Shown piece after piece: positions 19,041 to 29,464 of a stretch of DNA of 64,000 bases (position 1 is its first letter; each line of letters opens with the position of its first letter). Position numbers and translations under genes: made by a program. The notes under the pieces are model-generated. The model made no database searches and was not told the origin of the DNA. It saw only the letters and a list, made by a program, of their open reading frames with translations. The stretch is from an uncultured Gammaproteobacteria bacterium (GTDB lineage Bacteria; Pseudomonadota; Gammaproteobacteria; Magnimaribacterales; D2472), in contig CAZTGS010000004.1 of the NCBI GenBank assembly GCA_964613455.1, positions 122-64,121 of the forward strand, read 5' to 3'.

Positions 19041-20223
19041 CTATATAGCATTAGACAATATTGGCTCAAAAAAGAAAGGAGTCCTGAGTGCTCAGTCTGA
19101 GAGAGAGGCTCGAAGATTTATTAAAGATTTAAATCTCACACCAGTAGATGTAAAAGAAGCTAAAGGTGATGTATCTAAAATTGCAAAAGTAAAAACTAAA
19201 GACATTGTAATAATGACTAGACAGTTAGCTACATTATTAGAGGCAAATACCTCTATAATTGAAGCGTTAAAAATAACCGCAGATCAATGTAATAATAAGA
19301 ATTTAATTCATATTTTATATAATCTTCGAGAAGATATCATGCAAGGTAATCGTCTTGGATCGTCAATGAAAAAATATCCAGGCGTATTTACAGATACATA
19401 TACTTCACTTGTATCTGCTGGAGATTCATCTGGTAATTTAGATGTCATTTTTGATCGCCTTGCTGATTATCTTGAAGAAAGTGCATCAATCAAGCAAAAA
19501 GTAATGTCTGCTTTAACTTATCCATTTATATTGATGGGATTTTCTATTGTAGTGATTATTTCATTGCTAGCATTTGTTCTTCCTCAGGTCGTAGGCCAGT
19601 TTGTGAAAGCTGGTGCTGAACTACCATTTATAACAAAAGCTTTATTAGGAATCTCTAATAATATAGGGGTAATTTTAATTTTATTCTTAATACTATGTTT
19701 AGGAGTAACCTATCTTTATAAGCAATACATAAAAAATGAAGATAACCATATTAATGCCCATAGAATAATTCTTTCATCACCATTGATTGGAAATTTTCTT
19801 TTAAGTTCAGAAATAGAGAGATTCTCAAGCACAATGAGTCTTTTATTAGAATCTGGATCTAACCTTGATGTTGCTCTATCTGAATCATCCAAAATATTTA
19901 ATAATAAATTTTTATCAAAACTTATAAGCAATGTAAAAGATGATGTGGTTGAGGGAAAAGATTTTATTACCTCTCTGAATCAAACAAGTATTTTTCCAGA
20001 TATCTTTATACAACTTATCTCGAGTGGTTATAAATCAGGAAATTTGATCAAAATGTTTACTAAGGTTTCCCATTTCATGAAAAGTGAAATTGAATCTAAG
20101 CGATCTATATTTCTATCTCTTCTTGAACCCTTGGTAATTATATTAATGGGTGGTTTTATTATGTTAATAGTTCTGGCTATACTAATACCTATAATGCAAA
20201 TGAATACACTGGCTTTGGGATAG
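19027..20223 (+). CDS. gspF: T2SS inner-membrane platform protein
   Basis: RQLATLL, GDSSGNL, ALTYP, LLEP motifs; 3 TM. Confidence 0.93.
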   Translation: MPAYSYIALDNIGSKKKGVLSAQSEREARRFIKDLNLTPVDVKEAKGDVSKIAKVKTKDIVIMTRQLATLLEANTSIIEALKITADQCNNKNLIHILYNLREDIMQGNRLGSSMKKYPGVFTDTYTSLVSAGDSSGNLDVIFDRLADYLEESASIKQKVMSALTYPFILMGFSIVVIISLLAFVLPQVVGQFVKAGAELPFITKALLGISNNIGVILILFLILCLGVTYLYKQYIKNEDNHINAHRIILSSPLIGNFLLSSEIERFSSTMSLLLESGSNLDVALSESSKIFNNKFLSKLISNVKDDVVEGKDFITSLNQTSIFPDIFIQLISSGYKSGNLIKMFTKVSHFMKSEIESKRSIFLSLLEPLVIILMGGFIMLIVLAILIPIMQMNTLALG

Positions 20224-20226
20224 ATT

Positions 20227-20655
20227 ATGAAAAAAAATAAAAATGGCTTCACCCTAATAGAGTTAATGGCGGTCCTTGTAATCCTTGGGATACTAGCAAC
20301 CATTGTGGTTGTGAATGTTGCACCTGTATTTCAAAGAGCTAATTTAGAAAAAATTAAAGCTGATATGGCTCAAACTGATAAAGCTTTGCAACTTTATAAG
20401 TTTAATGAACTTTCTTATCCAAAAACATCCCAAGGGCTTCTTGCCCTTGTAATTCCTAGTTCTGAGTTAAGAAATCCATTCTTATATCCTGAAGATGGTT
20501 ATATTTCTGCGGTTCCATTAGACCCATGGGGAAGAGAATATATTTATGAAAATCCACCAAGAAGATCTAAGAAATATGATTTATATACATTGGGAGCGGA
20601 TGGTATGGAAGGTGGGACTGGTGAGGACACAGATATTGGAAACTGGATGCAATAA
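20227..20655 (+). CDS. gspG: T2SS major pseudopilin
   Basis: NGFTLIELMAV prepilin motif; YP.T.QGL.AL; DPWG.EY.Y; GADG..GG.GED.DIGNW. Confidence 0.95.
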   Translation: MKKNKNGFTLIELMAVLVILGILATIVVVNVAPVFQRANLEKIKADMAQTDKALQLYKFNELSYPKTSQGLLALVIPSSELRNPFLYPEDGYISAVPLDPWGREYIYENPPRRSKKYDLYTLGADGMEGGTGEDTDIGNWMQ

Positions 20656-21139
20656 TTCTCGAAAAGGTTTCACAATAGTAGAGATCTTAGTTGTTCTTAT
20701 AATTATAAGCATAGCCACATCTTTACTTATTATAAACTTGACCGCAGTTTCCTCTGTACAAAAACAAAAAACTTCATTCATGAAAACATTTAATTTTTTA
20801 ACTGAAGAAAGTATTGTTACCGGCAATATTATTGGATGGTATGCAAATGCTAGGAATGATGCTTCTTATTATCTTGATAAGAATAATACTCCCTCCCTGG
20901 AACCAATAGAAGGTCAACCATCCCACTGGAATCAACTTGGCGTATTCGAGAAGGTTTTTAAATCTTTTGATGGCTCTGTTTATAATTTTGATTTAGAAGA
21001 TGCTAACTTACCTTTAATAATTTTTTACCCATCTGGTGAAAATTCTGGAGGCATTATTAATATTTACTTTAATGATGAAATTCAAGAAATTACTATTAAC
21101 TACAATGGCACAATTGAAAATAAAATTATCAAAGACTAA
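20636..21139 (+). CDS. gspH: T2SS minor pseudopilin H
   Basis: RKGFTIVEILVVL prepilin motif; FYPSGE; start set at TTG 20636 behind GAGGA. Confidence 0.8.
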   Translation: METGCNNSRKGFTIVEILVVLIIISIATSLLIINLTAVSSVQKQKTSFMKTFNFLTEESIVTGNIIGWYANARNDASYYLDKNNTPSLEPIEGQPSHWNQLGVFEKVFKSFDGSVYNFDLEDANLPLIIFYPSGENSGGIINIYFNDEIQEITINYNGTIENKIIKD

Positions 21140-21491
21140 TAAAGGCTTTAGTCTAATAGAGGTTGTAGTAGCGCTTGTTATATTAAGTACATCAGTTCTT
21201 GTAATTTATAATCTTATTCTTTCTACAAGTGGTTCAATATATAAACTAGAAGATCAATATCTAGCAAAGGAAGTTGCAAATAATAGAATTGCTCTCATAA
21301 ATACACTAGAAACACCAAAAAACTCAATTAAAAGAAATGGTTTGATGAAGATGGGTGGAAAAAATTGGAGATGGGAGGAATCATTTTACAATGGATCAAC
21401 CAAAGAGTTCCTAGAATATGAAATCCTCGTTAGGGAAGAAAATGCTTCTGTATATAGCTACAGAACTAATGGCTATCTTATAAATGAATAG
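21105..21491 (+). CDS. gspI: T2SS minor pseudopilin I
   Basis: KGFSLIEVVVAL; LA.EVA.N; W.W motif; start approximate. Confidence 0.8.
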   Translation: MAQLKIKLSKTNKGFSLIEVVVALVILSTSVLVIYNLILSTSGSIYKLEDQYLAKEVANNRIALINTLETPKNSIKRNGLMKMGGKNWRWEESFYNGSTKEFLEYEILVREENASVYSYRTNGYLINE

Positions 21492-22077
21492 AAATGGATT
21501 TACGATAATAGAAGTTCTAGTTTCGCTTGTAATTCTTTCAATTATAGCTGTTATTTCTACTAATATTCTTCAGTCATCAATAGACACAGAAAGGCAAACA
21601 TCAAACCATCTGAATAATATAAAAGAATTAAATCTTTCATCAAGTATTGTAAAAAGAGATTTAAGACAAATAGTAAATATCTCATCAAGAGATTTTTATG
21701 GAAATCAAAATTTTGGAACCTTCCTCTCAGATGAGAGTTCTGAATCAATCATGTTTAATACAGCAATTAAATCATTATCTAATCAAGTTTCTCCAATTAA
21801 AAGAATTCAATACTTTTACGAGGATAATGCTCTTGTTAGAAGGCAGTATTTTTCCTCTAATCCATACGATCAAGATAAGTTTATAGAGTCAAAGATTATT
21901 AATAATCTTGATGAGTTAAGTTTTAAATTTTTTCATAAAAATAAATGGCATAGTCTTTGGCCCATAGGCCAAGCAACTTCTACAAATATACCAGTATTGA
22001 TAAAAATAGAGTTTGTTATTAAAAATAAAGAATTTACATGGCTAATAGAGCCAAACATATCTTATGCATCTAAATAA
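21484..22077 (+). CDS. gspJ: T2SS minor pseudopilin J
   Basis: NGFTIIEVLVSL; RDL.Q; RIQY..ED..L.R; W...WP. Confidence 0.85.
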   Translation: MNRNGFTIIEVLVSLVILSIIAVISTNILQSSIDTERQTSNHLNNIKELNLSSSIVKRDLRQIVNISSRDFYGNQNFGTFLSDESSESIMFNTAIKSLSNQVSPIKRIQYFYEDNALVRRQYFSSNPYDQDKFIESKIINNLDELSFKFFHKNKWHSLWPIGQATSTNIPVLIKIEFVIKNKEFTWLIEPNISYASK

Positions 22078-23038
22078 CAATAATAAAGGAGTTGTCCTCA
22101 TATCAGTTCTTTTGATAGTTTTATTACTATCTTCAATAGCTGTAATGATTGGTAATAACTTTTTGATATCACTCAAGAGAGCTAGCTATCTTGAATTTCA
22201 AACAAATTCTTTAAATATCTTTAGAAATGTTGAATCAATAGCCTTAAAGAAAATTGATATTGAGTTGAGATTTAATGCAAATAATTTAAATAAAATGAAT
22301 CCTCTTTTAACGAATGATTTGATATTCGAATCGGATAAAGGAATGATTATTGGAAAGATAACAGACTCATCATCATGTTTTAATATTAATACTTTAGTTA
22401 AGAAAAGTAATTCAAACTATATAGAGAATATGAATGCAACAGCAGCCTTTAGAAAAATAATGAATCTGTATGAGGTTGATAATAATACAATTGAGGAAAT
22501 TATTGATCAGATTATTGACTGGATAGATCTTGATTCAAACCCAAGAGCCTATGGGCTGGAGGACTATTTTTATTCAGGACCTCTGAATAATCCAAAAGAA
22601 TATTCAGGAATGAGATTATTTTTTTCTATAAATGAACTTAAGGGCATACCGGCAATTAGAAAAGTTGATTGGATGATATTTGAAGATAATTTTTGCGCTT
22701 CATACAATAACTCAAATATAACTTTTAATATTAATACTTTAGACTTAAGTGACTCTTTTTTATTAAGCTCTATTTTTCCAAACATTGTTAATGCTGATGC
22801 AGAATTTATTATTGATTCTTTGCCACAAGAGGGTATTCAAAGTATGGCTATGCTTGAAGAACTATTTCCAGGTATAGATTTTGCCTCTCCAAATGGAGAT
22901 ATCTCTTTTTCTTCAAAATCTTATAAGCTTCAAACAATTATTAATTACGAAGACTTTTCTTCAGAATCTATAAGTGAAATTTACTATGGAGCTAATAAAA
23001 ATAGCTATATTGTTTCAAGAATCTATAATGGTATCTAA
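22064..23038 (+). CDS. gspK: T2SS minor pseudopilin K
   Basis: KGVVLISVLL (no E5); CFNINTL; DWID.D; NINT. Confidence 0.85.
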   Translation: MHLNNNNKGVVLISVLLIVLLLSSIAVMIGNNFLISLKRASYLEFQTNSLNIFRNVESIALKKIDIELRFNANNLNKMNPLLTNDLIFESDKGMIIGKITDSSSCFNINTLVKKSNSNYIENMNATAAFRKIMNLYEVDNNTIEEIIDQIIDWIDLDSNPRAYGLEDYFYSGPLNNPKEYSGMRLFFSINELKGIPAIRKVDWMIFEDNFCASYNNSNITFNINTLDLSDSFLLSSIFPNIVNADAEFIIDSLPQEGIQSMAMLEELFPGIDFASPNGDISFSSKSYKLQTIINYEDFSSESISEIYYGANKNSYIVSRIYNGI

Positions 23039-24190
23039 ATGAACATATTTATAGCACATGCATTAAATAATTCTCTTGATTCTATAGATTTATACTTTCT
23101 TCAGAATAATAAGTCTCATATCAAGAAAATAAATGGCATAAATGACTTATCTGAATTAACAGAACAAGATCTCTTAATTTTTTTAGTTCCGTCATCATTA
23201 ATTACTTCCTATAGATTTACAAAAAATAAAGATTTATCCTCTCAGATAAATTTAGCTAATTTCATATCAAATGTAGATGAAAACTTGGTTGGGCAAGTTT
23301 CAGACAATAAATTTTTGTTTCATAACGATAATGGGTTTGTTATTAATAAATTTATCTTAGAATCTATTAATAAAAAACTAACATCACTAAGTGCAAACAT
23401 TCAATTAATGCCTGAGCATTGTCTCTTTAGTAATGGCGATGAGGATGAAATATTTGAAATAGGTTCAAAATTTATATTTTCTTTTGCAGATGGGACTGGC
23501 TTTAGCATTAATGAGGAATCATTGGAGCAATATAGTGAAGTCATTTTAAATAATAGACCTGACTTCAATCCTAAGATTTATAGTAACAATAACTTTCTAT
23601 CTTCTAAATTTGAAACATTAAACCTAAGTTCAAATAATACTATTGATAACCTTTTTAAGAAGAACTTTAAATTACTTCCCAATTTTTTTAATTTTACTTT
23701 TTCATTTAATGCTATTAAAAGTAAATTTGATTTTAGTAGAACGCAAATTTTGGCATGCATGGTATCTTTTGTAATTTTATTAAGTTCACCCAGTTTTCTT
23801 ATCTATAAAAATAATAATGATGCAGCTTTATACAGAGACTCAACATTTAATATTTTTAAATCTATTAATCAAGATATTAATCGGGTTGTAGCTCCAAGAG
23901 TTCAAATAGATGAAATATTGCAACAGGTCCCTAATCTAAGGACCTCTCAAAAAATAAATTTACCTAATTTAGATTTTTTAGATCAATTAGGCACGGCGTA
24001 TATTCAAAATGTAAAAATCGATGTTATCAACTCCACATCAGTATTAACTTTAAAAGATATGCCGTCTTTTCAATTTAACGTTATTAAAAAACTTTCCGCT
24101 CAATTCAATATTACGATTTTAAATGAAGATATTGTTTCATTAGATGGCATGGTAAACGGTAATATAACTATGGTTCTTGAAGATGAATAA
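23039..24190 (+). CDS. gspL: T2SS protein L (divergent)
   Basis: position between K and M; actin-like cytoplasmic domain, one TM near residue 240, periplasmic C-terminus. Confidence 0.6.
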   Translation: MNIFIAHALNNSLDSIDLYFLQNNKSHIKKINGINDLSELTEQDLLIFLVPSSLITSYRFTKNKDLSSQINLANFISNVDENLVGQVSDNKFLFHNDNGFVINKFILESINKKLTSLSANIQLMPEHCLFSNGDEDEIFEIGSKFIFSFADGTGFSINEESLEQYSEVILNNRPDFNPKIYSNNNFLSSKFETLNLSSNNTIDNLFKKNFKLLPNFFNFTFSFNAIKSKFDFSRTQILACMVSFVILLSSPSFLIYKNNNDAALYRDSTFNIFKSINQDINRVVAPRVQIDEILQQVPNLRTSQKINLPNLDFLDQLGTAYIQNVKIDVINSTSVLTLKDMPSFQFNVIKKLSAQFNITILNEDIVSLDGMVNGNITMVLEDE

Positions 24191-24626
24191 TTTTTTTAAT
24201 CGACTAGAATCTAGAGAAGCCAACTTAATTATATTAAGTATGTCTATATTATTTATCTTTCTTGTAGGTCTTGGCGCTTCAAATACATACAATAAATATA
24301 GTTTCTCAGTTAAGAACCTTGCGAAAGAAAAAGCAGACTATGATTATGTATATAGTAAAGCTTCGGCCTTAAATTATGAAGAAAGCTCTAAAGATATAAA
24401 TTTAAAATTGCTAGATTCTATAATTGCATTAAATCAGTTTAAGGATATAGAGGCTCTAGATTTAATAAATACTGAAATAGGTGTTGAGATAGTTTTTACA
24501 ACTTCTAATATTAGTACATCTATAAAGTTTATTGAGCAAGTCTCTAATAAGACAAATTTACAAGTTTCCAATATTGATTATCTAAATAAGAATCAAGCAA
24601 TCCAGGTCAAATTTAATTTAAAGTGA
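24177..24626 (+). CDS. gspM: T2SS protein M (divergent)
   Basis: N-term LESRE..LI followed by a single TM; last gene of the cluster. Confidence 0.6.
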   Translation: MKMNNFFNRLESREANLIILSMSILFIFLVGLGASNTYNKYSFSVKNLAKEKADYDYVYSKASALNYEESSKDINLKLLDSIIALNQFKDIEALDLINTEIGVEIVFTTSNISTSIKFIEQVSNKTNLQVSNIDYLNKNQAIQVKFNLK

Positions 24627-24630
24627 TTGT

Positions 24631-25893
24631 CTATAAGCCTACAGTCATGATGGTCTCAAAAAATCTCAACAAAGCATAAAAAAGAATAGTAAGTGATGCT
24701 CCTGCTGGGATTGTTACAACCCAAGAAAGCACAATCCTTCCTATTGAATTCATATCAAGATGGGAAATTCCTTTTGCCAAACCCACACCAATTACTGCTC
24801 CAACCAAGGTATGTGTAGTAGAAATAGGAAAGCCAATATACGTTGCAGCTACCACAGTTGATGCTGCTGCCATTTCAGCTGAAAAACCAAGACTTGGCGT
24901 CAGTGATGTTATTTTACTACCAACAGTTTTGATCACTCTTCCACCAAGCATAGCCAATCCAAAAACGATTCCAATACCGCCGATTAAAAGAACCCATGGA
25001 CTAACGGCTGACTTAGCGCCAATTGCTCCTTCTGAAGCAACACTAATTATTGCTGACATTGGTCCGATTGCATTAGCTACATCGTTCGAACCATGAGCAA
25101 AAGCCATTGCTGATGCAGTTACTATCATCAAGATGGCAAAAGCTGACTCAACTCCATGCTCTTTAATTTTTTCTTTATTTAAATTTAATAATATCGAAGT
25201 AACTATCGCAACTATTACACCAAAGCCAACAGTAACAAGAACAACTTCATTATCTGTAAGTGGAAGTCCTATATGCTTTAATCCCTTTCTTGCAGTTACC
25301 AAACCAATAACTACTGCAACAAAAAAACTATAGATTGGTATTAAAGATACGGCTGCTTGTGATGGATCTTTTCTATCAAGAATAAATTTTTTAGCACTTA
25401 GGAATAAACAAAATGCCATAGATCCGGATATCACTGGTGACACAACCCAGCTAGCAGCAATTGTTCCTACTTTGCCCCAAGAAACAGCTTGAAAACCCAT
25501 TGAAATAATTACAAAACCAACTATTGAACCAACAATTGAGTGGGTTGTTGAAACGGGCCATCCTTTAGAGCTAGCTATCAAGAGCCATGTACCGGCTGCA
25601 AGAAGTGCTGATAACATTCCTATGATAAATATATTTTCTTTTCCTATATACAGATCAGGATCAACAATACCTTTTCTTATAGTTGAAGTTACCTCACCAC
25701 CTGCTAGGTATGCCCCAAGAAATTCAAAAATAGCTGCTATAAATATAGCTTGTTTGAATGTAATAGCCTTACTACCCACAGATGTGCCCATAGCATTTGC
25801 AACATCATTCGCACCTATTCCAAAGGCCATGAAAAAACCTGCAAAGGCAGCTATAATCAATATTAAAGTTGGATCAAGAAATAAATTTTCCAT
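24631..25893 (-). CDS. pit: PiT-family inorganic phosphate transporter
   Basis: GANDVANAMG and HGSNDVANAIG signature motifs; PVSTTH / PISTTH. Confidence 0.95.
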   Translation of the reverse strand: MENLFLDPTLILIIAAFAGFFMAFGIGANDVANAMGTSVGSKAITFKQAIFIAAIFEFLGAYLAGGEVTSTIRKGIVDPDLYIGKENIFIIGMLSALLAAGTWLLIASSKGWPVSTTHSIVGSIVGFVIISMGFQAVSWGKVGTIAASWVVSPVISGSMAFCLFLSAKKFILDRKDPSQAAVSLIPIYSFFVAVVIGLVTARKGLKHIGLPLTDNEVVLVTVGFGVIVAIVTSILLNLNKEKIKEHGVESAFAILMIVTASAMAFAHGSNDVANAIGPMSAIISVASEGAIGAKSAVSPWVLLIGGIGIVFGLAMLGGRVIKTVGSKITSLTPSLGFSAEMAAASTVVAATYIGFPISTTHTLVGAVIGVGLAKGISHLDMNSIGRIVLSWVVTIPAGASLTILFYALLRFFETIMTVGL

Positions 25894-25940
25894 AATTTTT
25901 ATAATCTATTATTTATATGAACCTATTAAAGCTTTTACTT

Positions 25941-25980
25941 GTGACAATTGCGTGAATTTACATATACTTTTTAGTGAATT
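25941..25980 (-). promoter_or_regulatory. possible Pho-box-like repeats in the pit/ppk2 divergent promoter
   Basis: minus-strand AATTCAC (25974-80), AATTCAC (25952-58) and TTGTCAC (25941-47) lie on an exact 11-bp grid. Confidence 0.35.
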
Positions 25981-26016
25981 CATATTTAATTAAAAAATCT
26001 CTGTTATAAATGCTAT

Positions 26017-26856
26017 ATGAATTTAATTACTTTAGATCAAACTGAATACAAACGGCTTCATGATAAAGCTTACGCTCTCGAAAAAAGGCGTCTTCAGATT
26101 GAATTATTAAAACTTCAAGAAGACGTAATTAAAAATAAAAGAAAGATTTGTATAGTTTTTGAAGGTCGAGACACTGCTGGAAAAAGTTCAGCTATAAAAT
26201 TCTTTTCTGAATATCTCAGGCCTAATAATTTTAATTATATTCAGCTAGGAATTCCTACAAAATGGGAGTCTTCTCATTGGTTTCAGCGATGGCAAAAAGT
26301 TCTTCCTCAAGATGGTGAAATTTCTTTCCTAGATAGATCATGGTACACAAGGGCAATAACTGAACCAATAATGGGTTATTGCAATGAAAATCAATATAGA
26401 ACTTTCATGAAAAGAGTTAATGAATGGGAAAAAAATCATATCTCTAATGGAGTTGAAATAACTAAATTCTATTTTTCTCTCTCTAAAGATCAACAGCAAA
26501 GAAGGATGAATGCTCGAAAAAACTCACAACTTAAATATTGGAAGCTATCAAAAAATGATGAAAAAATTGTAACAAAATGGGATGCATTTACGCTTTATAA
26601 AGAGCAAATGTTTAACAAAACATCAACCGAATTTTCACCATGGATATCCATAAATTCCAATAATAAGATGATAGGGAGGCTTACAGCTCTTCGATATCTT
26701 CTTATCAAGACCGACTATGAAAACAAAAAAATATTAAAACCAGCGATATGGTCTAAAGGGCTTTCAAATTACTCAGCATCAATCGAAGGTGTTAGATTTG
26801 ATAATCTCACCTATGAGCAATTTATGATAATTACTAAATATAGTGATGATACCTGA
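26017..26856 (+). CDS. ppk2: polyphosphate kinase 2 (class I-like)
   Basis: FEGRDTAGKS Walker A; WFQRW; DRSWY Walker B; WKLS..D; lid region. Confidence 0.93.
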   Translation: MNLITLDQTEYKRLHDKAYALEKRRLQIELLKLQEDVIKNKRKICIVFEGRDTAGKSSAIKFFSEYLRPNNFNYIQLGIPTKWESSHWFQRWQKVLPQDGEISFLDRSWYTRAITEPIMGYCNENQYRTFMKRVNEWEKNHISNGVEITKFYFSLSKDQQQRRMNARKNSQLKYWKLSKNDEKIVTKWDAFTLYKEQMFNKTSTEFSPWISINSNNKMIGRLTALRYLLIKTDYENKKILKPAIWSKGLSNYSASIEGVRFDNLTYEQFMIITKYSDDT

Positions 26857-27716
26857 TGAAAATAGCATCCATAGATATAGGTACAAATGCAATAAAATCT
26901 AAAGTATTTAATACAAGCCCAACATCAATAGAGTTTATTGAAGGAATCAGGTCCCCCATAAGACTTGGTGCTGAGGTTTTTGAAACAGGCTTCTTATCAG
27001 AAAATAAGCTCAATGAATTAATTAAAACTTTAAAGAAATACCAAAATAATTTTATTAAAAATAATATTAAAATGTATGAAATTGTTGCAACCAGTGCCTT
27101 TAGAGATACAGATAATTCTGAAAAAGCCAGGCGATATGTTGAAAATAAAATTGAACACCCGATACGAATAATTTCAGGCCTCGAAGAGGCAAAGTTAATT
27201 CGTTTTCATCCAAAAGCTCAGTCTAAAGCAAATAAAATTTATGTTGATGTGGGAGGAGGGAGTACTGAGGTTTATATTTATAAAAATGATGAGCATATTA
27301 TTCAGTCTTTTCAACTTGGAGCAGTAAGATCTATGTTAAATAAAGATCATACCGATGAATGGAACAGATTAAATTTATGGTTAAAAAAACAATCAGATGT
27401 AGGGACCTTAATCGGTCTAGGGGGAAGTGTTAAATCTTTTTTAAATTTAAATAAACTTAAAATCATCTCGTCTGAAAAATTCATTAAAAAATCAGAAGAG
27501 TTGAGGGGTATGAATATCAATGAAAAAAAAGAAGCCTACAATTTAGCCGAAGATAGAGCAGATGTAATTGATTATGCTTTGGATATCTATAATAAAATTA
27601 TAAATGGCTTAAATATTAAAAGGATTAAATCAACAAAATGGGGAGTTTCAGACTCTATAGCGGTTAAAACTTTTCATGAACTTTACTCAAAAAAAATATC
27701 TATTTATAAAGATTAA
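26856..27716 (+). CDS. ppx: exopolyphosphatase Ppx/GppA (ASKHA domains only)
   Basis: SIDIGTN; ATSAFRD; ISGLEEA; DVGGGSTE; RADVI; TGATG coupling to ppk2. Confidence 0.9.
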   Translation: MKIASIDIGTNAIKSKVFNTSPTSIEFIEGIRSPIRLGAEVFETGFLSENKLNELIKTLKKYQNNFIKNNIKMYEIVATSAFRDTDNSEKARRYVENKIEHPIRIISGLEEAKLIRFHPKAQSKANKIYVDVGGGSTEVYIYKNDEHIIQSFQLGAVRSMLNKDHTDEWNRLNLWLKKQSDVGTLIGLGGSVKSFLNLNKLKIISSEKFIKKSEELRGMNINEKKEAYNLAEDRADVIDYALDIYNKIINGLNIKRIKSTKWGVSDSIAVKTFHELYSKKISIYKD

Positions 27717-28309
27717 TTATTTTGATTTACCCAATTTAATAAATAAGCGTGACTTGCTCTGTGGGCTTCAATTTTACCAACTTCGTTAAGACTCCCACTT
27801 TCCTTTGTATTTAACGCAAATATAGAGAGTATTATTTGAGTATTCACTCTAAATACACCCTCTTTATTAAACATTTCTGGCAAATTAATATTTAATTCAA
27901 TAAAAGATTGCATTTTTAAAGATAAGCCATGGATAGATTTAGAAGGAGTTGATGGAGTTATTGTATTTTTCAAAATCAATAACTGAGCTCCTTGAGATTG
28001 ATTAAAGAATTCATAAAGTATTTCTATTGATCTTAAGACTACGACTGATAGTTGTTTAGTTTTAATGTTGCTAGATTTAATAGCAAACTGATTTTCGCAT
28101 TCCTCGAGGTATCTTGAAACCATCAATAGTTTTAATGCATCTGTTGTTGGGAAGAATTTGTAAGTAGATGTTCTTTTTAAACCAGAATATTTTGATATAT
28201 TAGCAAACGTAATAGCATCTTGACCTTTTTCTAGAAGAATAGTTTCTGCAGTATCAAGTATCACCTCAATTCTTTTTTTACTTCTCTCTTGTTTGCCTAG
28301 TTGCTCCAT
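27713..28309 (-). CDS. TetR/AcrR-family regulator
   Basis: N-terminal HTH (ILDTA...G...IT...I...SGL.R.S.YKFF). Confidence 0.85.
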   Translation of the reverse strand: MEQLGKQERSKKRIEVILDTAETILLEKGQDAITFANISKYSGLKRTSTYKFFPTTDALKLLMVSRYLEECENQFAIKSSNIKTKQLSVVVLRSIEILYEFFNQSQGAQLLILKNTITPSTPSKSIHGLSLKMQSFIELNINLPEMFNKEGVFRVNTQIILSIFALNTKESGSLNEVGKIEAHRASHAYLLNWVNQNN

Positions 28310-28353
28310 AGATTAATTATGGACATATGTTACAAAAAGTAAATTAAATATTT

Positions 28354-29259
28354 TTAAAATTTTACCTCGAAGCCAATAGATAGAATTTTTTTATCCTCTG
28401 ACCTTAGTTCCTCATTTGTTCTTGAGAGTGATGTATATATTTTTAATATACTATTTAGGTCATGAGAGTACCCAATTGTGGTTTGCTTGCCATTTACAAT
28501 CTTCATATCAGATTTGGCATTTTGTATCATAAGGGTACCTTTTTTAGAAAGTTGGTGCTTAATACTAAAAACATGTCCCGATAGACTTCTATAAATTTTA
28601 TCCTCTTCAGAAGTTTGATACATCAATCCTATAGTGGTCTTTTGAAAAGGAATTAAAACAGTAAATCTTTTGCTCTCAAAATCCTTTGTGCCAGTATCAA
28701 TTCCAAGTGAAGTGGATATTTTTTTATTTTTATAATCAAAAGAATATGACTGATATGATTTTTTTGAAGTTTTAATATTATTTACTGTTACCTTTAACCC
28801 TTTAATGATTTCTGGAGAGCTATATCCAACGAGATCCTGCATTCTATTTTCACCAATAAATAACTTTTTTAAATCAGATTGGGTATTGTTGAATAGATCC
28901 ACCTTTAACTGGGATCTTTTAAAAGCGGTATCATGAGTTCCTATAAATAGTCTTCCAAAATTACCTGATAAACCTATATATGTATTTCTTTGCTTAAATA
29001 CTTTATTTTTGTCTGCTTTGCCATCTGTTGGATCAATTGCATTTTCAATCTGAACTAAAAAATTCAAATTATTTGATATTTGTAATTTTGATTTGAAACC
29101 AATTCTTGATGCATTACTTATTGTTTCAGTTTCTCTTTTGGAGCTTTGATCAACATCTATCAAACTCATATTAATCTTCGCATAAAAAGAGCTATTTGCA
29201 TCTGCAAAACAAGCAAACATCAATATAAGTGTTATAAAATAATTTTTAGTTCTTCTCAT
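28354..29259 (-). CDS. Gram-negative general porin (Porin_4-like)
   Basis: signal peptide; SRIGFK; QRNTYIGLSGNFG.L.IG.HDT; amphipathic strands; C-terminal F. Confidence 0.85.
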   Translation of the reverse strand: MRRTKNYFITLILMFACFADANSSFYAKINMSLIDVDQSSKRETETISNASRIGFKSKLQISNNLNFLVQIENAIDPTDGKADKNKVFKQRNTYIGLSGNFGRLFIGTHDTAFKRSQLKVDLFNNTQSDLKKLFIGENRMQDLVGYSSPEIIKGLKVTVNNIKTSKKSYQSYSFDYKNKKISTSLGIDTGTKDFESKRFTVLIPFQKTTIGLMYQTSEEDKIYRSLSGHVFSIKHQLSKKGTLMIQNAKSDMKIVNGKQTTIGYSHDLNSILKIYTSLSRTNEELRSEDKKILSIGFEVKF

Positions 29260-29464
29260 AAAATAATTGTTATCAATAAATATAATTTAATTAAATCATA
29301 CATATAATGACTTTATAGTTTATTGATACACTCTTAACTAAAAAATAACCAGTTAGACACAACTCTGTAACATATTTAATAAAAAGACAACCTAACGTAA
29401 AAATAATACAAATTAATTTTTCATACATATATATAATAAGCATTAATTTAAATAAACTACATAA

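Noticed and set aside
15262-24626. type IV pilus or competence machinery
   Set aside because: gene order C-D-E-F-G-H-I-J-K-L-M and GspG/GspK motifs fit a T2SS; no PilT or PilMNOPQ
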